A stretch of 60,710 bases of DNA, counting the filler. It is 3 parts of 3 records of this genome, joined end to end, with 100 filler letters (N's around TTAATTAATTAA, not from the genome) between each part and the next. Parts side by side here need not be neighbours in the genome. Positions count along the whole stretch, not along the records: positions 1 to 23,472 come from DRR378314_2541; positions 23,573 to 49,321 come from DRR378314_2544; 1 more part is not named here. One strand, 5' to 3'. The translations under genes were made by a program, and so were the position numbers. The notes beneath the pieces were generated by a model that saw nothing but the letters and a program-made list of their open reading frames with translations, ran no database searches and was not told where the DNA came from. Positions 19,777 through 30,226 of this stretch are shown here, piece after piece (position 1 is the first letter of the stretch; each line of letters begins with the position of its first letter).

Positions 19777-21580
19777 TCGTTTCTCTTTCTAATACAGGTA
19801 AAACAATATCTATTTTTGTTCCGTTATCAGAATTTGATTCAATATGAAAATCACCTTTCATCATTTGTATTCTAGCATCAATTTGATTGATTCCAAGTCC
19901 ATCTTTTTCAGGAATTTTAGTTTTATCAAATCCAGAACCATTATCTTGAATATGGATTAATAATTTGCCATCAACATCTTTTATCTTTACTAAGGCTTTT
20001 GTTGCATTACTATGTTTTAAAATATTATTTACAAATTCTTGAATAATATTATTCACTTTTATTTCAAAACCTTGATGGTATCTTCTAACATTTTCAATAT
20101 CTGTATCAAAAGTAATTTGAGAATTTGAAAACTTATCTGCCATGTCTATAATAGCATATTTTAATCCAAATTTCAACAATACAGATGATACTAACGTATG
20201 AGATAAATCTCTAATAGTTTGTGAAGCTTCTACAATAATTTTTTGAGTCTTATCAACTTCTATAGGCGTATCTCCATTAAACTGCATTTTAGTTGCCTGT
20301 AAATGTAAGTTTGCTGAAGACAGTAAAGAACTTACACTATCGTGTAACGTTTCTGCAATTTGTTTCCGTTCTGCCTCTTTACCATCTAAAGTAGCATTTA
20401 AAATACGGACTTGAGATTCTGATTTTAATTTCTCTAACTTATTTTTTTGTGCTAATTCTGTTTGGTCTAGTTTTAACTTTAAGTTGTTTTGGCGGAGTTT
20501 GTAGTTGTATAAAATTACTCCTGAACTAACTAGAACCAGAAAAATTAAAATTGTAAAAAATATAGTCGTTTTCTTTTCTTCTAATTCTTTTAATTTGACA
20601 TTTGCTTCAGCTTTATCTGCTTGTTTTTTTGCTATATCTGCTTGGTATTTTTCATATACTTGTTGGACTATATGTTCAAACTCTGCATTACGCAAACTAT
20701 CTTTTATAAGATATGATTTTTCTTGATAATTATAAGCTGTAAAATCTTCTAGATTGTATAAAGCCCAAGCCAAATTATAATACAAGTTTTCTTTATATCT
20801 TATTGCTTTACTACTTTTATTAAATTCAATAAGTGTAATTGCTTTTTTATAGATTTCTTTTGCTTTAATATAATCTTTTTCAAGAACATGAATATTGGCT
20901 AAATTACTTAAAGCAATAGCTTCAGAAACTTTATTGTTGTTTTTTCTTCTAATTTCAACCGCTTTTAATGCATAATTCTTAGCAAGAACATAACTTGAAT
21001 CTTTTATATAAAGTCCAGATAAATTATTAAATGCTGATGCTTTGTATGGGAGGACTTTTTTTCCAAATGAATTAATTCCAATTACTCCTTGATAATAAAA
21101 AACAGCACTATCTTTTTTCTCTGCTCTTGCATATAAAGTCCCTAATCTTAATAAATTTCTAGCTTTTAACTCATGAAAAACATTTATTTCACCATAAGTA
21201 GGATTTTCTTCTTTAAATAAAAACAGATTAGATTCCAATAAAAAGAGTGATCTCTTAAAATATTTGACAGCTTTATCTTTCTCTTTCATTTTCAAAAAAC
21301 AATCACCTATCAGAAAATTACAAAGATATTTCAATTCATAAAAATTAGTTTTTTTTAACTCAGCTAATAAAACTAGTCCTTTTTCTAATGAGTTTGAATA
21401 ATCTTCCTCATTTAATAATTTTAAAGCTTCTTTATATTTTATAAGTAAAGAGTCTTTTTTTTGTATTACAAATAAAGCAGAGGCTAATGAATTATTAGCT
21501 TCTGCTTTATTTGGTTTTGCTATTAATTTTCCATGAATGAAAAAAATCATAGCAAAATAAAATATATATTTTATTTTCAA
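19763..21580 (-). CDS. TPR-repeat sensor histidine kinase (HisKA_3 type)
   Basis: Signal peptide, TPR-like repeats, one TM helix, ERKQIAETLHD H-box, QEFVNNILKHS, DNGSGF, GLG. Confidence 0.9.
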   Translation of the reverse strand: MKIKYIFYFAMIFFIHGKLIAKPNKAEANNSLASALFVIQKKDSLLIKYKEALKLLNEEDYSNSLEKGLVLLAELKKTNFYELKYLCNFLIGDCFLKMKEKDKAVKYFKRSLFLLESNLFLFKEENPTYGEINVFHELKARNLLRLGTLYARAEKKDSAVFYYQGVIGINSFGKKVLPYKASAFNNLSGLYIKDSSYVLAKNYALKAVEIRRKNNNKVSEAIALSNLANIHVLEKDYIKAKEIYKKAITLIEFNKSSKAIRYKENLYYNLAWALYNLEDFTAYNYQEKSYLIKDSLRNAEFEHIVQQVYEKYQADIAKKQADKAEANVKLKELEEKKTTIFFTILIFLVLVSSGVILYNYKLRQNNLKLKLDQTELAQKNKLEKLKSESQVRILNATLDGKEAERKQIAETLHDSVSSLLSSANLHLQATKMQFNGDTPIEVDKTQKIIVEASQTIRDLSHTLVSSVLLKFGLKYAIIDMADKFSNSQITFDTDIENVRRYHQGFEIKVNNIIQEFVNNILKHSNATKALVKIKDVDGKLLIHIQDNGSGFDKTKIPEKDGLGINQIDARIQMMKGDFHIESNSDNGTKIDIVLPVLERETIIRA

Positions 21581-21595
21581 TTTTGTTTATTATAT

Positions 21596-22273
21596 TTAGT
21601 TTGCGATTCCGTCCTCTTCAAAGATAATTACAGGGTGTCTTTCTAAACTTGTAGTTAAAGATTTTCCTAAGTATTTATGATTCACAAAATCAAGTTTTAA
21701 AATTCCAGAATCAGGAATAGTTAAAGATCTAGAAAATACTTTATCTGTACTAGTTCCTTTACGTAAATGTACTTCATGAATTGCTAATTCTTCATTGTAC
21801 ACAAACTCAGTTTGCACATTATTATTTACCTCAAAATCTAACTGAATGGTACCATCATCATTTGTAGTTAAACCATACGTCTTTAAGAATTTTGTAGAAT
21901 TCCCTTTTGCTAAGGTAATGTTTTCATCTTCAATTGTCAATTTCATACTTTTTCCAGTTTCATTATCAAAGAAACCTATACGTAATTTATTGTCATTTAA
22001 AGTTAAATCTTCTCTGTACTGATCTTTAGTATCATGAGCTACTTTTGATAAGTGAAACTCATTAGTTAAAGAATTTAAATCTTTACGTACATCTGAAACT
22101 GTTTTATCAGCAACTACATAATCTACTGAATAAGCTCCTGAAGCATCTCTTTTTAATTGAGCTTTCTTTAATAATGGTTCTTGTGGAGTATCAAAATCTG
22201 TTTCGCTAGTTGAACAAGATGTAAAACTGAATGCTAACACAACGGCTAAAAAGCCAACATATAGTTTTTTCAT
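21596..22273 (-). CDS. Hypothetical lipoprotein
   Basis: Lipobox FTSC followed by acidic residues; predicted beta-rich; no family recognised. Confidence 0.75.
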   Translation of the reverse strand: MKKLYVGFLAVVLAFSFTSCSTSETDFDTPQEPLLKKAQLKRDASGAYSVDYVVADKTVSDVRKDLNSLTNEFHLSKVAHDTKDQYREDLTLNDNKLRIGFFDNETGKSMKLTIEDENITLAKGNSTKFLKTYGLTTNDDGTIQLDFEVNNNVQTEFVYNEELAIHEVHLRKGTSTDKVFSRSLTIPDSGILKLDFVNHKYLGKSLTTSLERHPVIIFEEDGIAN

Positions 22274-22429
22274 GGTAAAGGTGTTTTATTGGATTAAGTT
22301 ATTTAATATTTAAAAAAATGAGTGGTAAGCAATACCGCTAACAAAAATTATAGGTATTGGGGAATCTTTAATATTGGGGGATTAATCAATAATGATTATT
22401 AAAGAAATCTCTATTTAGGGGGATAGAAA

Positions 22430-23089
22430 TTAAATAATTTTATGTTTAACGGCATACATTGCTAAACCCACTGCATTTTTTACATTTAATTTTTTTAATA
22501 ATTTTTTTCTATACGTATCTACCGTATTGGTACTTATTAATAATTTGTCTGCTATTTCTTGTGTACTACATTGCTGTGCCACAAGCTTTAAGACATCTAA
22601 TTCTCGATCTGTTAAACTATTGGTAGCTTTTGGATCTGGTCTAGAACCATCTACTACTTTATGACCAATTGCCAAATTGAATAGTCCTTCTTTGATATCA
22701 TCACTAAAATAAGGCTCATTATTATAAACAGATTTAATTGCTTTTATAATATGTTCTCCTGCACTTGTCTTAGAGATAAAACCATCAGCTCCAAAGGTTG
22801 TTAGTTCCTTTACTAGCTTTACATCATCATAACTTGATAACATAATGATTTTTTGATGCGACTTTTTCTTGTTGAGTCTTTTTAATACCTCTATTCCATC
22901 TAACTCAGGCATATTTATATCTAACACCAAAACATCTGCAGTATTGGCTTCAAACCATTTCATTACCTGCATACCAGTCAATGAATGTCCAACAACTTCA
23001 ATATCTTTGTCAATATTTAGCATCGCAACAATCCCTTCAATCAAAATCATATGATCATCTGCGACGTGAACTTTTATTTTTTCTTTCAT
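22430..23089 (-). CDS. NarL/FixJ-family response regulator (REC + LuxR HTH)
   Basis: ADDH, LDINMP, LTDRELDVL...EIADKLLIS.NTV. Confidence 0.93.
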   Translation of the reverse strand: MKEKIKVHVADDHMILIEGIVAMLNIDKDIEVVGHSLTGMQVMKWFEANTADVLVLDINMPELDGIEVLKRLNKKKSHQKIIMLSSYDDVKLVKELTTFGADGFISKTSAGEHIIKAIKSVYNNEPYFSDDIKEGLFNLAIGHKVVDGSRPDPKATNSLTDRELDVLKLVAQQCSTQEIADKLLISTNTVDTYRKKLLKKLNVKNAVGLAMYAVKHKII

Positions 23090-23134
23090 AATTAATTACT
23101 CTACAAATTTATATAGCTTTTACAGTTTACACAA

Positions 23135-23223
23135 TACCTATTTTTGGGGTTTTTTTGACTCACTATTTTTAGTGAAGTCCATCACCATTTATAGTGAAAT
23201 ACTATTATCACCATTTATAGTGA
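23135..23223. promoter_or_regulatory. Array of 16-bp 7-2-7 palindromes (candidate operators)
   Basis: TCAC-N8-GTGA at 23160-23175, 23182-23197 and 23208-23223 (last two identical), plus a degenerate copy at 23135-23150. Confidence 0.6.
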
Positions 23224-23368
23224 ACTTACTAAATAACTCATTTATTTACAGCTGCTTAGGTTTAATTTCTCACAGAAATCAATTAAGAATTCAAATCTAC
23301 GAAATATAATTTCTAACTATTATGAATTATTATTTAGATTTTTAAAAAGCAGGAATAGTACAAAAATT

Positions 23369-23399
23369 AAAAAACCGAGGATAATTCCTCGGTTTTTTT
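23369..23399. terminator. Intrinsic terminator
   Basis: AAAAAACCGAGGA-TAAT-TCCTCGGTTTTTT. Confidence 0.8.
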
Positions 23400-23426
23400 C
23401 GCACTAAATATACTAAGATGTTAGGC

Positions 23427-23472
23427 TTACCTTAATCTGTCTACAGATTTTACAAGATCTTCATCCTTTTTT
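23427..23472 (-). CDS. 3' end of a probable DUF4293-family protein (contig edge)
   Basis: Manual translation KKDEDLVKSVDRLR*, which I recall as the C-terminus of Bacteroidota DUF4293 proteins. Confidence 0.65.
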
Positions 23473-23572
23473 NNNNNNNNNNNNNNNNNNNNNNNNNNNN
23501 NNNNNNNNNNNNNNNNTTAATTAATTAANNNNNNNNNNNNNNNNNNNNNNNNNNNNNNNNNNNNNNNNNNNN
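23473..23572. other. Artificial contig spacer
   Basis: N44-TTAATTAATTAA-N44 (six-frame stop linker); GC content and taxon change across it. Confidence 0.97.
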
Positions 23573-25585
23573 CCCGTCCTGATGCACGCCGACGTCGACA
23601 AACGCACCGAAGGCGGCGACGTTGGTCACGGTCCCCTCCAGCACCATGCCGGGTTTCAGGTCTGTGATTTCTTCAACGCCGTCGGTGAATGACGCGGTTT
23701 TGAAACTTGGGCGCGGGTCTCGGCCCGGCTTTTCCAGTTCGGCAAAGATGTCCCGGACCGTTGGCAGGCCGAATGTGTCATTCACAAACTGCTCGGCATT
23801 CAGCCCCTTTAACGCGCCCTCGTGACCCATGATTTGGCGGATGTCGCGCCCACAAGCCGCTACCACCCGGCGGGCAACCTCATAGGCCTCTGGGTGAACC
23901 GAGGATACATCCAGCGGTTCTGCCCCATCGCGAACACGCAGAAAGCCCGCGCATTGTTCGAAAGCGCGCGGACCAAGGCGGGCCACCTTCAACAGATCGT
24001 TACGAGATGCAAAGGCACCATTGATATCGCGATGGGTGACAATTGCCTCGGCCAGACCCGGCCCAAGGCCCGAGACATGCGAGAGGAGGGGGGCCGAGGC
24101 CGTATTCAGGTCAACCCCCACCGCATTCACCACGTCTTCGATCACGGATTCCAGTGATTGTGACAGGCGGTGCTGGTCCACATCGTGCTGATACTGGCCA
24201 ACGCCGATGCTTTTGGGCTCGATCTTGACCAGTTCGGCTAGCGGGTCCTGCAGGCGGCGGGCAATCGAAACCGCCCCGCGTAGCGAGACATCAAGATCGG
24301 GAAACTCGCGCGCGGCAAGTTCGGATGCGGAATAGACCGAAGCCCCGGCCTCGGACACAACGACCTTGGTGGGTGTTTTGGCGGTCGTGGGCAGCAAGGC
24401 CAGCGTGTCAGTCACCAGCCGCTCAGTCTCACGGCTGGCAGTGCCATTCCCGATGGCGATTAGTTCGATCTTGTGGTTCGAGATCAGATTCAGGATCGCT
24501 GCTTGAGCACCGCGCAGATCGTTCTTGGGCTGAAAGGGATAGAGCGTTTCCGTCGCAATCACTTTGCCCGTTGCATCTACAACTGCCGCTTTGACACCGG
24601 TGCGAATGCCCGGGTCCAGCCCCAGTGTCGCACGCGCACCCGCCGGAGCCGCAAACAGCAGGTCTTTCAGATTGCGCGAGAACACCTTGATCGCGTCGTC
24701 CTGCGCGCGACTGCGCAGATCGGCCATCAACTCGACCATCATCGATAGCGACAGCTTTACCCGCCACGTCCAGCCCGCAACCTTGCGCAACCACTTGTCA
24801 CCAGGCGCATCGCTCCGGGTGTTCAGATGCGCCGCGACCATCGCCTCGGCCCTTGCCGCACCGGCCTCGGGTTCAGGGGCTATGTCGAGTGTCACGACAC
24901 CTTCCTTCGACGCGCGCAACATGGCCAGTGCCCGATGTGACGGAGTTTTGGACCAAAGCTCTGAATGATCAAAGTAATCGCTGAACTTGGCGCCTTCTTG
25001 TTCCATGCCTTCAACAACCTTCGCGCGCAGCAGCGCCTCGCGTTGCATGAAGCTGCGCAACTCCCCCAGCAGGGCAGCATTTTCGGTCAGCCTTTCAGTG
25101 ATGATGTCGCGCGCGCCATTCAGCGCGTCTTTGACAGTTGGAACGGCTTCTTTCAAATATCCCTCGGCCAGACCCTCTGGTTCCACAGACCGGTTGGACA
25201 GAATGGCGTCGGCCAGAGGCTCCAGACCATTTTCGCGGGCAATCATCGCCTTGGTCCGACGCTTGGGTTTATAGGGCAGATAAATGTCTTCCAACTGCGC
25301 TTTGGTGCTTACCTGAGCAATCGATTTCACCAGATCTTCCGTCAGCTTTCCCTGATCCTTGATCGAGGCCAGAATCGCCTCGCGCCGGGCCTCAAGCTCG
25401 CGCAGATAAGCCAGGCGATCAGATAGGGTGCGTAATTGCGTATCGTCCAGACCACCCGTCACTTCCTTGCGATAACGGGCCACAAAAGGCACCGTCGCGC
25501 CTTCGTCCAACAATCTGACGGCTGCACCAACCTGTTCCGGGCGGGCATTAATCTCGGTGGCGATGGTACGAGCGATACGGTCCAA
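23573..25585 (-). CDS. tex: Tex family RNA-binding transcriptional accessory protein (3'-truncated by contig end)
   Basis: GATVPFVARYRKEVTG, LGLDPGIRTG, AIGNGTASRET, SIGVGQYQHD, start of S1 domain (FGAFVDVGVHQDG). Confidence 0.95.
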
Positions 25586-25672
25586 AGGGGCCTCCTGACT
25601 TGCGGTTGGAAAATCGTCTTAGCCACCGACACGTGCAAGGGAAAGAGGCCTTTTGGCCATGAACCGCAACTC

Positions 25673-25711
25673 TGCACAAAAACTGCACGACTGCTACGCA
25701 GCGATCTGCAC
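25673..25711 (+). promoter_or_regulatory. Direct repeat TGCAC-N6-TGCAC (candidate OmpR/CreB-type box)
   Basis: TGCAC at 25673, 25684 (11-bp period) and 25707, upstream of the DUF4153-regulator-kinase operon. Confidence 0.45.
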
Positions 25712-25754
25712 CAGCGCAGCCGAAACAAGACTTGCATAAAGAAGGAGCGGGTTT

Positions 25755-27221
25755 ATGGGACAGTTCATAGTGCGCGGGATTCCCGCGTCGGTTTTGCAGG
25801 ATAGCTGGTGGCTGGATACCCCAGACAGGCACCAAAACGGAGATGGCGGCATGACAGGGCCAGGCAAGCGCCATGCTGCCGTGGGTTTGGTCGTTCTGAT
25901 CGCGTTGGCTGATGTGCTATTTTTCGACCATCCGCCCGGTCTTTCCCTGGCGATTTTTACACTGTCCATCGCTTTCGTTGTACGGGTATTGCTGGGTCGC
26001 AATGCAGACCTGGCGGGACCCGCGATCCTACTGACGCTCAGCATACTGCCCGTGGTAGAATATGTTCAGGCCTTGTCAGTGGCCTTCCTGATTTGCGGCT
26101 CGATCACAGCGCTGTGTTGGGCTGTTTTGGGGCAACGAGACGGTGCCTCAATTCGCCGGTTCATATCGCTGCTTCCCGTATTAGCAATCCGGCACGGGAT
26201 TGAGGCAGCGCGGCACAGCCATTCTGCTGCCCGTACAGATGGGGTGGCACTTCGTGTTCTGCGCGAATGGAGTTTCCCCGCAGGCGGCGCATTGATTTTG
26301 GGTGCCCTCATGATCTCGGCCAATCCCGTCCTTTCTGATTGGATCGATCGGTTCTGGCACATTGATCTTAGGTTTGACCGGCTGTTGTTCTGGCTTGGAA
26401 CCGCGATAGTAATCTGGCCTTTTCTTGCTGTTCCATTGCAACCAGAATTGCTCGCCCCTCGGTTTGGACCCAAGCTGAAACGCAACTTACCAGCCTTTGG
26501 GGTTAATGCCCAATCCGTCGCTAACGCGCTGATCGTGTTTAACTTGCTTCTGGCGGTGCAAACCGGGTTAGACATGGTGTTCCTCTGGGGGAATGCCGAG
26601 TTGCCCGACGGGATGAGCTTCGCTGAATACGCCCATCGCGGGGCCTATCCGTTGCTTGCAACCGCGTTGCTGGCAGGCGCGTTCGCGCTGGTTGCACGGC
26701 CCTATCTGAACGAACGGCAGGGGCTGAAAAAATGGATGATGCTGTGGTTGGTGCAAAACGTGCTGCTGGTGATCTCATCGCTGATGCGCCTGTCGCTATA
26801 TGTAGAATCCTATGGCCTGACTTATCTGCGCATCCACGCTGCGATCTGGATGGCGCTAGTCGCGGTTGGGTTGTGCCTGACGGGTTGGCAAATTCTGCGC
26901 GGCAAATCGAACCGGTGGCTGCTGCTGCGATCCGCGGTTCTGGGGTTCGGTGTGCTCTATGCCTGTTGCTTTATTAATTTCGCAGCCCTGATCGCCCGCT
27001 GGAACATAGAGCACCCGGTGCGGTTGGACATGTATTATGCCTGCCAGCTTAACCAAATGGCTGCGGCCGAATTGATGAAAGACAAACAACTGCGCACTTG
27101 CGCAACGCCTCCAGTCATCGAGAATTGGAGGGATTGGGGCTTTCGCGCAGATCGGGTGATCCGTAGTCTGGCTGTCGAACCTATACCGGAGAAGGTTGAT
27201 GAAAATCCTCGTCGTGGATGA
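25755..27221 (+). CDS. DUF4153/DUF4173 multi-pass membrane protein
   Basis: AAGGAG RBS; many TM helices; SANP, YAHRGAYPL, RLSLYVESYGLTYLR. Confidence 0.85.
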   Translation: MGQFIVRGIPASVLQDSWWLDTPDRHQNGDGGMTGPGKRHAAVGLVVLIALADVLFFDHPPGLSLAIFTLSIAFVVRVLLGRNADLAGPAILLTLSILPVVEYVQALSVAFLICGSITALCWAVLGQRDGASIRRFISLLPVLAIRHGIEAARHSHSAARTDGVALRVLREWSFPAGGALILGALMISANPVLSDWIDRFWHIDLRFDRLLFWLGTAIVIWPFLAVPLQPELLAPRFGPKLKRNLPAFGVNAQSVANALIVFNLLLAVQTGLDMVFLWGNAELPDGMSFAEYAHRGAYPLLATALLAGAFALVARPYLNERQGLKKWMMLWLVQNVLLVISSLMRLSLYVESYGLTYLRIHAAIWMALVAVGLCLTGWQILRGKSNRWLLLRSAVLGFGVLYACCFINFAALIARWNIEHPVRLDMYYACQLNQMAAAELMKDKQLRTCATPPVIENWRDWGFRADRVIRSLAVEPIPEKVDENPRRG

Positions 27222-27876
27222 TGATCCGCGCTTGCGAGAGCTGGTCTCGATCACACTGGAACGCGCGGGCTTCCAAACGCTCACCGCCCGCGATGGTCAG
27301 ATGGCGCTAACCCACGCATTGCGCGAGGCACCCGATCTGGTCGTACTGGATGTCGGCCTGCCCGAGATCGACGGGCTTGAGGTCTGCCGTCGCTTGCGGG
27401 CGCGGTCGGACGTCCCGATCCTGTTCCTGACCGCGCGCGACGATGAGATCGACCGGATTCTAGGCCTTGAGCTGGGGGCAGACGATTACGTCACCAAACC
27501 CTTCAGCCCGCGTGAGTTGGTGGCGCGGATCAAGGCCATTCTGAAACGCAGCACTGCCCAAGGTGCGAAAGCGGTTCTGCGGCATGGTCCGGTCGAGCTG
27601 GATGTCTCGGGTCATTCGGTCTGGGTTGATGGGGCAACGCTTGCCCTAACCGCAACCGAATTGTCGATTTTGCGCCGATTGATGCAGACACCCGAGGCCA
27701 TCGTCTCGCGTCCTCAACTCATTGATGCGATTTATGGTTCGGGCAGCGCAGTTGCCGACCGTACGCTGGACAGTCATCTGCGCAACCTGCGTCGCAAACT
27801 GGGGGATCAAGGCTGGATCGGTGCCATCGAAACCGTACACGGAATCGGGTTGCGGATGGGTGCATGGCCGGGCTGA
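27199..27876 (+). CDS. OmpR-family response regulator (CreB-like)
   Basis: ILVVDDD, LDVGLP, GADDYVTKPF, winged-helix C-terminus (IETVHGIG). Confidence 0.92.
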   Translation: MKILVVDDDPRLRELVSITLERAGFQTLTARDGQMALTHALREAPDLVVLDVGLPEIDGLEVCRRLRARSDVPILFLTARDDEIDRILGLELGADDYVTKPFSPRELVARIKAILKRSTAQGAKAVLRHGPVELDVSGHSVWVDGATLALTATELSILRRLMQTPEAIVSRPQLIDAIYGSGSAVADRTLDSHLRNLRRKLGDQGWIGAIETVHGIGLRMGAWPG

Positions 27877-28829
27877 GACGCAAATGGCGCCCTTCTTTGG
27901 CGTTTGTTCTTGGGGGAGGGCTTGCTGGAACGCTCGTCCTGTCTTTGCTTGGCCTGATTGCGCTGCGGTATCTTGGGCCAGAGATAGGGTTTCGCAATGC
28001 GGCGGGCCTTCTGGCGGTCCTGATCGGGTGCGCAACCGGGTTATTGGGATACTTGATGGTTCGGCTTTTGCTCCGCCCTATATCGGCTCTGGCTGCCTAT
28101 TCAGGTGCCATAGAACAAGGGCAACGCGCTGATCCGCCCGATCACTATGGAACGCAGGAATTGTCACGGCTTGCTGGCTCGGTGCTGGGCATGGCCGAAA
28201 CCCTGCAGCGACGCGAGGCGTCGATCCGTGTGTTTGCGGATCACGTCACTCATGAGCTGAAAACCCCTGTCACAGCGATCCGCGCAGCAGGAGAGTTGCT
28301 GGCAGAGACCGAAACGCTTTTGGATCAGGACCGCGCGTTGTTACATCAAATATTGGGCGCAAGCGATCAGATGCAGACACAGCTGAGCGCACTTAATAGC
28401 GTTGCAAAGGCGAGGGTGCCCGAACATCACGGAACAGTAGCGCTCAATGATATCGCCAATGAGATAAGCGTATCGTTCCCCGAACTGAACCTCAGCATCG
28501 AAGGAGGCGATCAGACGCTACCGCTCGCAGCCTCGGGCCTGAGGATCGTCCTGAAACAACTTCTGGACAACGCGCGCCGACACGGGGCAGGGCGCGTATA
28601 TCTGTCGGCAGAACCCGGACGGCTGAATGTTCAAGACGATGGACCGGGAATATCTGGCGGAAACCGGGATCAAATTTTCGACCCGTTCTTCACGACAACG
28701 CGCGAGCAGGGAGGGACCGGCATGGGTCTCACCATTGCTGCAAATCTTCTGGCCGCACATGGTGGGCAGATTTCGCTGGAGCATTCCGAAACTGGAACAC
28801 GATTTGAGGTTTTATTTCCAAGGTGTTGA
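27864..28829 (+). CDS. Sensor histidine kinase (2 TM, HAMP, HisKA, HATPase)
   Basis: HELKTP, LLDNA, DDGPGI, FFTT, GTGMGL. Confidence 0.92.
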   Translation: MAGLRRKWRPSLAFVLGGGLAGTLVLSLLGLIALRYLGPEIGFRNAAGLLAVLIGCATGLLGYLMVRLLLRPISALAAYSGAIEQGQRADPPDHYGTQELSRLAGSVLGMAETLQRREASIRVFADHVTHELKTPVTAIRAAGELLAETETLLDQDRALLHQILGASDQMQTQLSALNSVAKARVPEHHGTVALNDIANEISVSFPELNLSIEGGDQTLPLAASGLRIVLKQLLDNARRHGAGRVYLSAEPGRLNVQDDGPGISGGNRDQIFDPFFTTTREQGGTGMGLTIAANLLAAHGGQISLEHSETGTRFEVLFPRC

Positions 28830-28904
28830 GCGATTTCGTTCACTTGTAAAGCGTCATAAGAAATACTACCTTTAGATGAGTTGATTGAACCCAAGGGAGT
28901 GTAG

Positions 28905-30035
28905 ATGAAGGTTCGCATTGCCGCGTTGCTAACAATATGTGCTGCCACATTTCTTTGGTTCGCGGAACCACTCAAATCCAAGGATATTGAGAGCGTTTGC
29001 ATCAACAAATCAGCCAAATTAACAGACGTAATTGCCGCATGCACAACCATGCTTGAGGCTGGCGACCAACCAGCAGAGCACATATATCTATTCTATGCTC
29101 GACGCGCAGAGGCTCACTATTGCTTGGGTGAGTACAGCAGAGCAATTCACGACGCTAATAGGGCTTTGCACTATGCCCCATCAAGCGCTCGAATGTTAGT
29201 CTGGCGGGCATATGCAGAAAACGCGTTAGATGACCGCGCGGCTTCTGATGCGGATTTTGAACGTGCGTTACAGCTCAATACTCAAAATGCGTACGTCCTT
29301 TATAACAGGGCAAAGCTGTATCGTATGCGTGGTGAATTCGGGGCAGCAAAGCTTGATTACGAAGCGGTGCTACAGATTGCACCATATCATCAGGATGCTA
29401 TGACGCAATTGATAGACCTGCTTCTCATTGAAGACAATCATGACGAGGTCCAGAGATTACTGGATCATTCGCGTCTGACATGGCCGGAAGAGGAATGGGT
29501 CTACACCAGTCAAATGTTCCAAAGTCTTGGGCACTCGGGTGACATGAAACGCGCATTAGCCGCAGCTGAAACCTATGAAGATTTATTTCCTAACTCGCCA
29601 GATGGCACGTTTTACCTGGCCCTCGTGAGTTTTCGACTTGGTCGTGATGACAACGGAATTGCGTATGTCGAAAGGTATCTCGATCTTTTGACCGAAGAAG
29701 AAACTACATTCCTCGGTTATACCAAAGGGATGTACAATAGGGCTCTTAGTTGGATTGGTCTCCGACAAGACGCAAGATGGCTGCAGCGCGTTTTCTTCTA
29801 TGCAGGTATCGGAAAAACTGACCTCGCCAAAAATGAAATCAAAGAATTTTGGGACGATACAGGGTCCAATGGAAGGAAGTTGCTTATTGGCGCTATCGAA
29901 AAGGAAGGGATAGCGATCAATCAAGAAGCGCGTAGTGGTATAGCGGAGCATTTGGATGAAGCAATCGAAGCATACGTTTTGCACAAACAGGAACAAATCG
30001 GGTTAAGCCACTATGTTTCGCCTATGACACCGTAA
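28905..30035 (+). CDS. Exported tetratricopeptide-repeat protein
   Basis: Signal peptide; TPR patterns (ADFERALQLN, DYEAVLQIAP). Confidence 0.8.
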   Translation: MKVRIAALLTICAATFLWFAEPLKSKDIESVCINKSAKLTDVIAACTTMLEAGDQPAEHIYLFYARRAEAHYCLGEYSRAIHDANRALHYAPSSARMLVWRAYAENALDDRAASDADFERALQLNTQNAYVLYNRAKLYRMRGEFGAAKLDYEAVLQIAPYHQDAMTQLIDLLLIEDNHDEVQRLLDHSRLTWPEEEWVYTSQMFQSLGHSGDMKRALAAAETYEDLFPNSPDGTFYLALVSFRLGRDDNGIAYVERYLDLLTEEETTFLGYTKGMYNRALSWIGLRQDARWLQRVFFYAGIGKTDLAKNEIKEFWDDTGSNGRKLLIGAIEKEGIAINQEARSGIAEHLDEAIEAYVLHKQEQIGLSHYVSPMTP

Positions 30036-30226
30036 GCCTGCTGACCCGTGTCAATTCGCGCCGCTCAATACGATTGATCCCAGCCCAATCCTCATTTAAG
30101 GGAGACACTGTCAAATCAGAGTCACCCGTGGGGCCGTCGCGTCCCCTCACGGCTCGGTGCCAATATCACAGCGGCACATACTCTTGGATCGCACGCCCCT
30201 GAAAGGCTTAAAAAAGGTAAGGGAAA

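Noticed and set aside
23160-23223. Repeats as a mini-CRISPR array
   Set aside because: Units are only 16-18 bp with 6-10 bp gaps, and there are no cas genes
23473-23572. GC jump as a horizontal-transfer island boundary
   Set aside because: It coincides exactly with an artificial spacer, and both sides carry housekeeping genes of different phyla
23573-25585. tex (and the PKS and tRNA-Leu) as pseudogenes
   Set aside because: Each truncation falls at a contig end
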